A DNA stretch of 32,000 bases from Trichodesmium erythraeum IMS101 (GCF_000014265.1 NC_008312.1:6690001-6722000); one strand, 5' to 3'; shown: positions 1-9,592, counted from the first letter of the stretch. Program-made: numbers and translations. The notes: a model not told the origin generated them from the letters alone.

Positions 1-226
1 AAATGATGGGGATACCTGCTTTGATGCTTTGGGTAATTTGCTTGAGTAAGGTGGCTTCTATTTCCCTCCATTCTCCTTGGATGGTTTCGTTGCCATAGAG
101 TTTGGAGCGTATTGTGTCTGTAGAAATGATGGTATAATCTCCTAATGTTGACAGTTTGGTGGCAAAGGTTGATTTCCCTGATCCTGGGGGACCGATGAGG
201 AAGTGACATATTAAAGGTTTGTTCAT
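1..226 (-). CDS. P-loop NTPase / AAA-type ATP-binding protein, N-terminal 75 codons (gene runs off the left edge)
   Basis: Reverse-strand ATG at 226..224. Translation MNKPLICHFLIGPPGSGKSTFATKLSTLGDYTIISTDTIRSKLYGNETIQGEWREIEATLLKQITQSIKAGIPII has a Walker A motif (GPPGSGKST). Absent from the ORF track because it is truncated by the window edge. Confidence 0.7.
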   Translation of the reverse strand, partial: MNKPLICHFLIGPPGSGKSTFATKLSTLGDYTIISTDTIRSKLYGNETIQGEWREIEATLLKQITQSIKAGIPII

Positions 227-369
227 TTGTGGTAGCGGTGTTAAAAATATCAAGTTTTACACTATTAAACTTTTGTTTGAAAGAGTCTGAAGACATAGAC
301 TCACCCCTAATTTTTTCCCTTGAGGGAGACTTTGTTTGGAATGTCCTTAAAACATTTATACAATTAATA

Positions 370-1065
370 CTCTTTTAGCCTGCTAATTATCAAGAAAAGC
401 TATCGGCTAGTGTTAATTGCTTAATTATTGAAGTTTTACCTAGATTTAAAAAATTTTTTTTATTTTTGGTATAACTAATTCTTTGGCAATGGGCATAATT
501 TTTACAGAAAAATAGATAGTTGTCACTCGCATAATTTTACATAATAATGATTGCGGTTGTCAAAAAAAATATGCTATTTTAAAAATGTCAAAAAAATTAA
601 GCAAATTATCAAATATGTAATCTAAGAATAGAAACTTTTCACTCGCATATATTGTCAATTCCTTAATTATTGAGGTTTTAGCTAGATTTAATTTTTTTTT
701 ATTTTTGGTATAACTAATTCTTTGGAAATGGACGTAATTTTTACAGAAAAATAGATAGTTATAACTCGCATAATGATACATAAAAATGGTTGCGGTTGTA
801 AAAAAAGTATGGTATTTTAAAAATGTAAAAAAAGTCAAGCAAATTATCAAATATATGATCTAAGAACATAAACTTATCACTCGTATAACTTTACATAATA
901 ATGATTGCATTTATTAAAAAATGATGCTGCTTTCAGAATATTGAGAAAAAAATTAGCAAATTATCAACGACATTATCTAAGAATAAAAAACTTGTCTCCC
1001 GCATAAAATTATATAAGAAGAATTGTGATTCTCAAAAATGATGCTATTTTCAGAATATTGATAGT
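370..1065. repeat. Noncoding tandem-repeat array, ~118-bp period, two alternating unit types (~240-bp higher-order repeat)
   Basis: Anchor motif (C/A)ACTCGCATA / CACTCGTATA / TCCCGCATA recurs at 524, 640, 763, 878 and 997 (spacing 115-123 bp). Type A units are 421-523 and 663-762 (TTAATTATTGARGTTTTASCTAGATTTAA...GGTATAACTAATTCTTTGG...). Type B units are 524-639, 763-877, 878-996 and truncated 997-1065 (...TTACATAATAATGATTGCGGTTGTCAAAAAAAATATGCTATTTTAAAAATGTC...AGCAAATTATCAA...). 370-420 looks like a decayed unit end. Confidence 0.85.
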
Positions 1066-1452
1066 TTAGTTCGGGGTTTATACAATTTATTTGGGATAGA
1101 AACTCTGAGCAATGAACAGTTTCATCAGGCTCTAAAAGAGGGTCGAGGAGATTTTATAAAAACTTGATTAATTAACCCTAATTTAGCGAAGAAAAATTTA
1201 GATGGTATTAACCTAAGTGGAGTTAATTTAAATAAGGTTAATCTTAGGGAAGCGTCTTTAATTAAAGCGCAGTTACATAGGACTAAAATGGTAGGAGCTA
1301 ATTTAGATTCGGCTAATCTCAAAGGAGCTCATCTTAGCCGAGCTAATTTAAAAGATGCTCAAGCATCTTGGGCAGATTTAAGAAATACAAATATGAGCAA
1401 TACTGTACTTCATAATGCTAATTTAACCGGTGCAGATCTGGATAAGTCATAA
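1042..1452 (+). pseudogene. Pentapeptide-repeat protein, apparently disrupted (internal TGA, no usable start)
   Basis: Frame from 1168 reads LINPNLAKKNLDGINLSGVNLNKVNLREASLIKAQLHRTKMVGANLDSANLKGAHLSRANLKDAQASWADLRNTNMSNTVLHNANLTGADLDKS*, with clear pentapeptide periodicity. There is no ATG/GTG/TTG before codon 41 (ATG at 1288). The same frame upstream (1042-1164, ...LSNEQFHQALKEGRGDFIKT) ends at TGA 1165-1167, has no start codon, and begins inside the repeat array. Confidence 0.6.
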
Positions 1453-1458
1453 TCAATT

Positions 1459-1836
1459 TTGGAAGCTAAAACAATGTTTGCCAGAGAAACAATATTTAAG
1501 GATTATAAAAGCGCTGCTTATAACCTAGAAGCATCTAAGGCTATTGAAAACAGACTGAAGAATCTAATTTTATTAATAGCTATTTCTTATGCAATTAGTT
1601 CATTTCAAGGAAAAAAAATTAAAAATAAAGGGCTTCAAGAATATATATCAAGAACTAATGAAAGAGGTAGAAAAGAAAGAAGACATAATAGTTTTTTTGT
1701 GGGATTATCTAGGATTTATTGGGCAATAAATGATAATTTTATCTGGGAATTAGTAGAACATTTAATGAGTCTTAATCCTCATAAATTTCTCTATTATCGT
1801 AGGGAAATAAAAGCGATGAATACAGTGGTTAATTAG
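1459..1836 (+). CDS. Hypothetical protein (125 aa, TTG start; alternative ATG at 1474)
   Basis: ORF track only. It starts 7 nt after the pentapeptide ORF stop. The product is Lys/Arg-rich with one hydrophobic segment (LILLIAISYAISSF). No family recognised. Confidence 0.3.
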   Translation: MEAKTMFARETIFKDYKSAAYNLEASKAIENRLKNLILLIAISYAISSFQGKKIKNKGLQEYISRTNERGRKERRHNSFFVGLSRIYWAINDNFIWELVEHLMSLNPHKFLYYRREIKAMNTVVN

Positions 1837-1929
1837 ACTGTAATTTTTGATTAACTATCAATTAATAAAAGTGATTTTTTTCATAATATTATTCTCTAGT
1901 ATAACTTGAATAATGATTCAACAATTTTA

Positions 1930-1970
1930 GGGGGTGCAGTGCGAGCACTCTGCCCTGGCACTGCACCCCT
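1930..1970 (+). terminator. GC-rich perfect hairpin downstream of the 1459-1836 ORF
   Basis: GGGGGTGCAGTGC (1930-1942) pairs with GCACTGCACCCC (1958-1969) and is followed by TTTCCC. The U-tract is weak, so it may be a stabilising or repeat hairpin rather than an intrinsic terminator. Confidence 0.3.
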
Positions 1971-2390
1971 TTCCCAGTCCAATAAGGATTTTCTTTTAGT
2001 TGAAGTATTCCTCAGTTCCTGAACGCAAATTCATTTCTATATATAGCCTTCAACTAGCTTGTCACCCCATGAGGGAATTTTCACTTAGTTTTTTCTAACC
2101 AGCTTTCCCTGAAGCGAAACTAATGGAAACTTTATCGTTATCACACATTTATATCTGCTTATTCCTTGAATAGCGATCGCTCTTGGGAAGCCAAAACTTA
2201 AAAGTCACCCATTCAAAAGTCAGACTTGAAAAAAATTAAAATTTTGACGCGCTCAATAGCTTTAAATAATTATAGCTAACTTCAAAAAAATAATACACAA
2301 AGTAAATATTAAAAATCACATAGTTTGGGTACATTGTGTAGGTACATTGCCGCCGTGAGCATCTCGCCCCCGTGGGTGTACCTCTCTTTT

Positions 2391-2939
2391 CTACCTAGTT
2401 TTAATAAAAAGCTGATTGAAATAATACATTCCTTGAGAATTTTGAGCAATACCAATAGCAGTTAAATTATAGTCCCCCACTATATTTTTATGATGACCAG
2501 GACTTTTGATCCAACCCTTCACTGCTGCTTCTGCAGGGTCACTATAACCTTGGTTAGAAGCTATATTTTCAGCAGCACCCTTGTAAGGAATTTTTTGACT
2601 AATTATTTCTACTCTTTTTTTAAAACCATCATGGCTAAAAGTTGTTTTTCCACTAGCCATTTGTTGAGCATGAATTCTTGATTGTTGAACAATATCATTA
2701 TTCCACTGTAATGCCGGTAAATTTTTAGATTGTCGATATTGATTTATCAGGGTAAATGTGTTTTTTTCTAACTCTTTAATATTTTGTGATGCTGCTAGAT
2801 TTGTACTGGAAATATAATTTTTTTTTGGGTATAAATTGTCTTGCATTTCTGAAAAACTTTGGATTGATTTTTGATAATTACAACTACTCAAAAATATTAC
2901 CATAATCCAGACAAATTGTTGTAAATATTTATGATTCAT
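2391..2939 (-). CDS. CAP/SCP/PR-1 domain protein, probable lipoprotein
   Basis: 182-aa ORF. The N-terminus MVIFLSSC is lipobox-like. CAP-domain hallmarks: FTLINQYRQSKNLPALQWNNDIVQQSRIHAQQMA...HDGF...AENIA...GWIKSPGHHKNI. Confidence 0.85.
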   Translation of the reverse strand: MNHKYLQQFVWIMVIFLSSCNYQKSIQSFSEMQDNLYPKKNYISSTNLAASQNIKELEKNTFTLINQYRQSKNLPALQWNNDIVQQSRIHAQQMASGKTTFSHDGFKKRVEIISQKIPYKGAAENIASNQGYSDPAEAAVKGWIKSPGHHKNIVGDYNLTAIGIAQNSQGMYYFNQLFIKTR

Positions 2940-3567
2940 GATTTTAACCTATTCCATACCATTACTAATCTTTTTAAGTCTCTCTGCTTTTTGAAGCTAT
3001 CCATTTCAGGAACTCCTCAAACCCTTTTCTGATAGAAATATGAGTTAATAGAAGCGCCAAATTATCCCATTTCTCAAAAACTTTCTACAAAGTAATTTGA
3101 GTAGGAGTAGGAAAATTGCATACAACATCTATACAACAGAAACAACCTAATTATCAATATTATAACTCAACATAATTATACTAATTTAATTAACTTAGGC
3201 TACACTTCATAACTATTAACAGCAAATGTCAAATAAATGTCAAATAACTTACTTAAACAACTGAAGCCGTCAAAGTTTAAATTTTAAAAATTTGACTTTT
3301 GAGGATAAATAAAAATCGGAATTGAATGGAGGATAAATACATAAATAAATAACTTCATTAAAACGGTATTAAGAGCATCTATATAATCTCAAAACTAAAG
3401 ACTTTTAATAATTAATATTTATCACATAAAATTTCCTAGCCCTACTTGACTAACACAGCTAAAATAGTGCATTAACGCTTTTAGTATTATGGCAAAGCTT
3501 GACCATTTTTTTTCTAATGCAACAGTTAAATTTAAACCGTGTCAGTCAACCACCTAAACTTTTACAC

Positions 3568-4863
3568 CTACTTAGGTCGAAAAACTGCTACTCCATAAGC
3601 ATCAACAGATAAATACTTCAACGCTGCTTGTTGAATATCTGATGACTCAAATGCCTGAATATTCTGGGGATAGTTAATAGCAGATCCTAAGTCTCCGACC
3701 ATTGACTGATAATAACTATATAAACTCGCGCGATCGCTTGGTGTCTCATTAGCAAAAATAAATCTCTTCGCCACCAACGTGCGAATACGTTGCATTTCTG
3801 CATCTGTTACCGACTCCTGTTGAATAGTATAAATATGATGAGCGATCGCTGCTTCCACTTCAGCTAAATTTTCCTCTGGCAGTCTTGCAGAAACATAAAA
3901 AAGACCTTGATAACGATGACTTACATTACTGATACCAATAGAATAAACTAAACCTCGTTCTTCCCGTAAGTCACGCACCAGGTGAGATGTTTTCCCCCCA
4001 CCCAAAATAGTTGCTAACACATCCAACGCATAAGTTTCATATAACTCGGTTAACCCAGGTACCCGCCAAAACATAATTAACCTTGGTTGCTGAAGAGCTT
4101 CATCAACCACTTCATGGCGAACTATTTTTGTAAAAGGTGACTCTGGTGTAAAATTGATATTCGGTGGCAATAAAGTTTCTGAAGTACTTTTACCATTATT
4201 CGCTTCCGTAAACGAGTCTGTAACAATATCAATTAATTCTTCCACCGGCAAATTTCCGACAACAGTAGCAGTCATAGAACTCGGTTTATACAAACTCTGG
4301 TGAAAATCTCGCATTTGTTGAGTTTGTAGTTGAGAGATAATTTCTGGCGGACCCAATACTGGGCGACGATAAGGTAATTTTTCAAAAGCAGTTTCAATGA
4401 CTTTTTGGTAACAACGACGGCTAGGGCTATCATCTGAACGCCGAATTTCTTCAAGTACAACAAGCCGCTCTTGTTCAAAAGCATCATCAGCAATACTCGG
4501 GTTGAGGAGTATCTCCCATTGCAAAGGTGCTAACTTAGCAAAGTCTTTGGGAGCGGTGGTAATGTAAAAGTAAGTGTAGTCTTGACTGGTGGCAGCATTC
4601 ATTAAGCCTCCTTTTTGTTCTACTAAACGTTCAAATTCTCCACTAGGAAGCTTGGGGGTACCTTTGAAAACCATATGTTCCAGAAAATGGGCCATTCCGT
4701 TGATAGATTCAGATTCTAAAGCGGAACCAACATTAAGCCATATATTGAGGTTCACAGCTTCAACTGCCAGGTGTTCGGCGATGATGGTTAGTCCATTTGG
4801 TAATTGACGAACAGTGGGGGTATTAAGATAGGAGAGGGTCGGTGGGACTAAAGTTGAAGTCAT
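3568..4863 (-). CDS. M16 family (pitrilysin/insulinase-type) zinc peptidase
   Basis: 431-aa ORF with the inverted zinc motif HxxEH (GMAHFLEHMVFKG) and typical M16 N- and C-terminal halves. Confidence 0.9.
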   Translation of the reverse strand: MTSTLVPPTLSYLNTPTVRQLPNGLTIIAEHLAVEAVNLNIWLNVGSALESESINGMAHFLEHMVFKGTPKLPSGEFERLVEQKGGLMNAATSQDYTYFYITTAPKDFAKLAPLQWEILLNPSIADDAFEQERLVVLEEIRRSDDSPSRRCYQKVIETAFEKLPYRRPVLGPPEIISQLQTQQMRDFHQSLYKPSSMTATVVGNLPVEELIDIVTDSFTEANNGKSTSETLLPPNINFTPESPFTKIVRHEVVDEALQQPRLIMFWRVPGLTELYETYALDVLATILGGGKTSHLVRDLREERGLVYSIGISNVSHRYQGLFYVSARLPEENLAEVEAAIAHHIYTIQQESVTDAEMQRIRTLVAKRFIFANETPSDRASLYSYYQSMVGDLGSAINYPQNIQAFESSDIQQAALKYLSVDAYGVAVFRPK

Positions 4864-5989
4864 TTTTAGTTTTATCTTTGGTTAGTCTTTAACTATATAT
4901 AACAAAAGATAGAAAAAAGCGGAAAATGAGTAATAGTATGGGAGGTGAGCAGATAGAGAGTTTACTGGGGGAAAATAGGAGTTAGGAGAAAAGTAGGAGG
5001 GGTAATTATTTTTATGAGTTGTATCAGTAATACTACTATTTTGAAGCCTCACTCTCACAGTAGAGTAAACCCTAATTATCCTAAAAAAGCTCTATTCTAA
5101 TGGTGTATTGAAAAACTTTCAAAATCAGTTTAATTATGCTTGAGTCTATAATTTTTTATAGCTATTTTTATCAAGTTATAGTCTTTTTTATAAGTGTTAA
5201 TACGGAGTACCTTATTTCTGGTTAGTCAGAATATTTCTAATAATACTTAAGAATAGATGTAAATTTTTAAAATTAACTAATTAGCTATACTTTTAATCTG
5301 AAATATTTTCAATATAAAGTATGTAAAATATACTTTTTATGTTACTAAAAGTATAGAATATTTATACATATACTTTTTTTGATTAAACATTTAAGTTTTT
5401 TTTCAGTTATCTTCAGATATTGTAGTTCATCAAATTATCAAACATTCTGGAGAAATATTTAACTATAAGCTGTTGTATTTTTTTTAAAAAAATCAGGATT
5501 ATAAATGCTAGTACCTAACCACTTCACTAAAAATTTAATGGATAGTCATTTGGGGAAAGGTTGAAGCCTCTAAAAAATAACGAATAATCGCAATTATTAT
5601 TGATAATAACAATTTTCATAAAATCCAACATATTCCTCAACAAATCGAAGGATAAATACTAAATAATCGACAAGAATACTTACTAGAATACAATTCAGAT
5701 TCTAACTTAATAGAATTACTAGGCTACTTAGCAAAAAAATAGATTACTAAACATTATAGTTACATCAATTGAATAATTATAAGATTTCCTCAAAAGATTG
5801 TTAAATGAAAAACACTAATTATTATAAACAAAAATAGCCCTATTTATTAAATCTAAATGCATAACGCCTTAGAAACAATAGAAATCCATTACAATTATGC
5901 GATCGCCAAGCTTTGTGGCCCTTTCCTTGCCAACTACCATCGGGACAGATTATATTAATATTTAGTTAAAAAATGTTAACAATGATCCT

Positions 5990-7543
5990 ATGTCCTCTAA
6001 AAATACTAGACAAAAATCTAAAGTTGTGGTATGTGGTGCAGGTATTGGTGGCCTCACAACAGCAGCTTTACTGGCCCATAGAGGCTACGAAGTCCAAATA
6101 TTTGACCAAGCTATTATTCCCGGTGGCTGTGCCTCAACTTTCAAACGGCGGGGTTTTACCTTCGATGTCGGTGCAACTCAAGTCGCAGGCTTAGAACCCG
6201 GTGGCATCCATCACCGCATTTTCTCGGAATTGGAAATAGACATCCCGAACGCCACCAATTGCGATCCTGCCTGTGCCGTATTTCTCCCCGGAGAAACAGA
6301 ACCCATAAATGTTTGGCGAGACCCTGAAAAATGGCAAGAAGAAAGACAACGACAATTTCCAGGCAGCGAACCCCTTTGGCAATTAATGACAAAACTGTTT
6401 GAGGCAAGTTGGAAATTTCAAGGTCGCGACCCAGTTTTGCCTCCCCGAAATATTTGGGATCTCTGGCAGTTAGTCAAAGCAGTACGCCCAGATACTCTAA
6501 TTACAGTACCATTTACTTTAATGACAGTAGCAGATGCGTTACAATTATGTGGTTTAAATGATAACCTAAGGTTAAAAACTTTCCTAGATTTACAATTGAA
6601 ACTTTATTCTCAAGTTGGTACAGAAGAAACAGCTTTACTTTATGCTGCCACTGCTTTAGCTGTTTCTCAAGCTCCTCAAGGCTTGTACCATCTTGAGGGA
6701 AGTATGCAGGAATTGAGCGATCGCCTAGTTGCAGCCCTAAAAAGAGACGGAGCCAAATTGTTCATGGGTCATACTGTTGAAAACATACATGTAGATAATG
6801 GCAAAGCTAACGCTGTCAGGATCAGAAATCAGAAAACTGGGGAAACTTGGGTAGAAACTGCCGACCATGTTGTGGCAAACGTGACTGTACAAAACTTAGT
6901 AAAATTAGTAGCCAACGAAAATCAACCACACACTTTAGACTCAATGGCTGGTTACAAACGGCGAGTTGATAAACTGCCATCTCCCTGGGGTGCATTTATA
7001 GTGTATTTAGGGGTCGATGAAAGCGCTATTCCCACAAACTGCCCGCCTCACTTGCAATTTTTCTATAATTATGATGGTCCTATAGGGGAAAATAATTCTT
7101 TGTTTGTATCAGTGAGTCATCCTGGAGATGGTCGCGCTCCCACTGGTAAAGCAACAATTACTGCTTCAAGCTTTACTGATACTCAGATATGGCGACATAG
7201 CCAAAATTATCAGGAGTTGAAACAGAAATATATGGAGGAAGCGATCGCTCATTTAAGTGGATATTTTGACTTAAGGCCAGAAACAATAGTTTATCAGGAA
7301 GCTGCAACACCTCGTACTTTCGTGAAGTTTACAGCACGGGATGAAGGTATTGTTGGTGGTGTCGGTCAGCGTCTGGCAAACTTCGGACCTTTTGGAATTG
7401 CTAATAGGACTCCCATCCAGGACTTGTGGTTAGTAGGAGACTCAACTCATCCGGGAGAGGGTACAGCGGGAGTTTCTTATTCAGCATTGACTGTAGTGCG
7501 ACAGATTGACGCAGAGGAAGGGTTTACAGGGTTTTTCAGTTGA
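5990..7543 (+). CDS. crtD: FAD-dependent phytoene-desaturase-family oxidoreductase, closest in appearance to cyanobacterial C-3',4' desaturase CrtD
   Basis: 517-aa ORF. It has an N-terminal Rossmann motif (VVVCGAGIGGLTTAALLA) and the block GGCASTFKRRGFTFDVGATQVAGLEPGGIHHRIF that I associate with CrtD (slr1293-type) homologues. The family call is solid; the exact orthology is from memory. Confidence 0.75.
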   Translation: MSSKNTRQKSKVVVCGAGIGGLTTAALLAHRGYEVQIFDQAIIPGGCASTFKRRGFTFDVGATQVAGLEPGGIHHRIFSELEIDIPNATNCDPACAVFLPGETEPINVWRDPEKWQEERQRQFPGSEPLWQLMTKLFEASWKFQGRDPVLPPRNIWDLWQLVKAVRPDTLITVPFTLMTVADALQLCGLNDNLRLKTFLDLQLKLYSQVGTEETALLYAATALAVSQAPQGLYHLEGSMQELSDRLVAALKRDGAKLFMGHTVENIHVDNGKANAVRIRNQKTGETWVETADHVVANVTVQNLVKLVANENQPHTLDSMAGYKRRVDKLPSPWGAFIVYLGVDESAIPTNCPPHLQFFYNYDGPIGENNSLFVSVSHPGDGRAPTGKATITASSFTDTQIWRHSQNYQELKQKYMEEAIAHLSGYFDLRPETIVYQEAATPRTFVKFTARDEGIVGGVGQRLANFGPFGIANRTPIQDLWLVGDSTHPGEGTAGVSYSALTVVRQIDAEEGFTGFFS

Positions 7544-7554
7544 TTATATTCAAA

Positions 7555-7580
7555 TAGGGACATTCTTATAAATGTCCCTA
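7555..7580. terminator. Perfect 9-bp hairpin between the convergent crtD-like and PEP-CTERM genes
   Basis: TAGGGACAT (7555-7563), an 8-nt loop, then ATGTCCCTA (7572-7580), 12 nt after the crtD-like stop. The T-run is only on the minus-strand side (TTTGAATAT). Confidence 0.35.
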
Positions 7581-7708
7581 AAACAGTGGTAATTTTGACT
7601 TTGTGGTTTATATAGAAGTAACTAAAAAAGCCTTTCCTATCAATAATTGTCAATAATTTCAGTGACTTCAAACCTTTATTCCAAATAATTCCTCTGTGCT
7701 GTTGAAAG

Positions 7709-7926
7709 CGATCGCTATCTAATATCCTCAGTCGAAGAAATTAGTTATTAAACTTTGTAGACTTTCTTGAAAAAGAAACTGCCCAAACTAGTTACTCATA
7801 AACCGATCATTGTGGCTCGATCGCTATCTAATATCCTCAGTGGAAGAAATTAGTTATTAAACTTTGTAGACTTTTTTGAAAAAGAAACTGCCCAAACTAG
7901 TTACTAATAAACCGATCATTGCGGAA
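7709..7926. repeat. 109-bp tandem duplication covering the 3' end and downstream flank of the PEP-CTERM gene
   Basis: 7709-7817 and 7818-7926 align with about 5 mismatches and both begin CGATCGCTATCTAATATCCTCAG. Copy 2 holds the real C-terminus (AMIGLLVTSLGSFFFKKVYKV*). Copy 1 reads TMIGL*VTSLGSFFFKKVYKV* and is therefore a dead copy. Confidence 0.9.
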
Positions 7927-8822
7927 GGCTCAGGAACATGCTTTGTTAGTTTATTTGTTGGTTGATCAGAAAAAGTATTTTCCGGAATAAACACGGCAGG
8001 ATCAGCGGAAGGCTCAGGAACATACTTTGTTGTTTGAGTAGAAAAAGTCTTTCCCTGAATAAACACGGCAGAATCAAGAGAAGAATCTCCTCCATCAGCT
8101 ATCGCTAGTTTGATATTATGAACACCAGGATCTAGTCCAAACGCTTGGGCAGTAAAGACATCAGTGAACCCATCAAATGATATATTGAACCTTTCTCCAT
8201 CATTATTATTGAAAAACTCAGGGTTACTCCCATTAGTTCCAAAAGGGTTGCCTCCGTTTACTGTGCTAATTGCAACTGGAGTAGATGTATTAGGAATGAG
8301 AGCAATATTTTTTCCGTTTAAAAAGAAGCCGAAGACATCGTTGAAGGCACTGCCAACATATTGGTTATATTCTTCCGAGGCAAACACATAATTAAAGAAA
8401 ATATTGCCTCCTGCTGTTTTAAACTGAAACTCTAGAATAGTAGCATCACTAGTTGAAACCCCAGGCATCAAGGCACCCAAATCAGGATCGCCAGAGAGCC
8501 CATTCACAGTACTTCGTTTACTTAAGTTATTCGGACCTACTGCATGTTCTGCTAAACCTGTACTTAGAATAATACCTTCATCAATACCTATTCCTGATTT
8601 AATTCCATTTTGGAAAAATCCTGAAGCACCAGTAGCACCAATATAATTAACAGAACCTGGCATTAGTGTAATTCCACTTCCGAGAATCTTCGATGCTAAA
8701 TCTTGTTCATTATTCCTAGGGGCTATAGAAATTGCCTCAGCTACAGTTGTTCCTGTTATGGAAAAAAAACTTGTTCCAGCGACGATAACTGAAAGTTTCT
8801 TCAGTAATTTTGACATATCCAT
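7857..8822 (-). CDS. Secreted choice-of-anchor-L domain protein with C-terminal PEP-CTERM sorting signal
   Basis: The domain body (ILGSGITL...GIDEGIILSTG...GDPDL...ILEFQFKTAGGNIFFNYVFASEEYNQYVGSAFNDVFGFFLNGKNIALIP...FDGFTDVFTAQA...IKLAIADGGDSSLDSAVFI) is followed by VPEPSAMIGLLVTSLGSFFFKK. I prefer the ATG at 8822 (MDMSKLLKKLSVIVAGTSFFSITGTTVAEA signal peptide, GGAG about 10 nt upstream) over the track start at 8879. Confidence 0.8.
   Translation of the reverse strand: MDMSKLLKKLSVIVAGTSFFSITGTTVAEAISIAPRNNEQDLASKILGSGITLMPGSVNYIGATGASGFFQNGIKSGIGIDEGIILSTGLAEHAVGPNNLSKRSTVNGLSGDPDLGALMPGVSTSDATILEFQFKTAGGNIFFNYVFASEEYNQYVGSAFNDVFGFFLNGKNIALIPNTSTPVAISTVNGGNPFGTNGSNPEFFNNNDGERFNISFDGFTDVFTAQAFGLDPGVHNIKLAIADGGDSSLDSAVFIQGKTFSTQTTKYVPEPSADPAVFIPENTFSDQPTNKLTKHVPEPSAMIGLLVTSLGSFFFKKVYKV
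7921..8076. repeat. In-frame 84/72-bp tandem repeat inside the PEP-CTERM gene
   Basis: Both units begin GCGGAAGGCTCAGGAACAT (7921 and 8005). They encode DSAVFIQGKTFSTQTTKYVPEPSA and DPAVFIPENTFSDQPTNKLTKHVPEPSA, so the VPEPSA sorting motif occurs twice. Confidence 0.85.
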
Positions 8823-9592
8823 TACCTTATTACTCCAATTAAATAAAGTATACCATATTATTATATCAAACAACATCAAAATTTGGGCGTTTGTGAATTA
8901 AGGTATCATTTGAGTTTATAAGGATCGCTTATCAACTCTATTAAACAAGTAGGAAAACTATTACCACGTTCTTAACTCTTCTCAAGAAACTCCTCAAGTA
9001 GGAGAGCTAGAAGAATTACAGACATAATTAAGCTCAAAAAAAAACCAAATTTGGCTGTAAACCGCAGTAAATCATTTTAAACAAGGAATTTTAGAATTGG
9101 TTATTGGAAGTCATAGTGGAAAAATCTTTTATTCTTTATGGGAACCAGTTAAAAAATGGGAATGTTGTTTTTATTTTACAGATGGATGGAAAGTATATGC
9201 CAAGACCTATTAATGATGGGGATAAAATTATCAGCAAAACCTTTATGACCAGAGTAGAAGGAGAAAACACTAGACTTCGGCACTATCTTGCCAGATGACA
9301 TCGAAGGACTCTTTGCTACTCAAAATCTCACGAGAAGTTAAAGCATTCAATTCCCTTACTGATCCATTAAATATCAATTTTGGAATGTTCCAGTTCTTTA
9401 TAGATATTCACAGTGATCGCTATCACCTCAAACCATATCCTAAGTCACCAATGCCAAAATTTGTATTATTTGTATATTTTTTGCAAATATTTTTTGCTAC
9501 CTTAATCAAATATTTGACAAATAAATCACAACTCTATATTTATTCAGCAAACCATGTAGAAGTAATTTAGAAGCAGTTCTCTAGAGAAAAAT

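Noticed and set aside
560-850. 96-aa minus-strand ORF inside the tandem-repeat array
   Set aside because: It spans repeat units, has extreme AT-driven composition (F/Y/I/K/N rich) and no recognisable domain. It is most simply an artefact of stop-poor repetitive sequence.
370-1065. Possible CRISPR array
   Set aside because: The repeating units are ~118 bp, related to each other throughout, and lack short conserved repeats alternating with unique spacers. No cas genes are in the window.
1125-1322. 65-aa minus-strand ORF
   Set aside because: It is antisense to the pentapeptide-repeat reading frame, whose periodic signal is on the plus strand. It is a shadow ORF.
2336-2390. GC-rich island with GGTACATTG direct repeat and AGGTACA/TGTACCT inverted repeat just past the CAP gene stop
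   Set aside because: It may act as a terminator or stabiliser for the CAP gene, but the inner 30 nt do not form a convincing stem and there is no T-run. It is too ambiguous to call.
7477-7671. 64-aa minus-strand ORF overlapping the crtD-like 3' end and the hairpin
   Set aside because: It overlaps the end of a confident gene and a terminator-like hairpin, and has no motif.
9104-9570. Two plus-strand ORFs (64 and 91 aa) overlapping by ATGA, which could be read as a coupled toxin-antitoxin-like pair
   Set aside because: The first needs a TTG start and neither has a recognisable fold or motif. The second is low-complexity and AT-driven. The opposite strand also shows a start-less protein-like frame (...LNALTSREILSSKESFDVIWQDSAEV*). 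The region looks like pseudogene debris, so I do not call genes.
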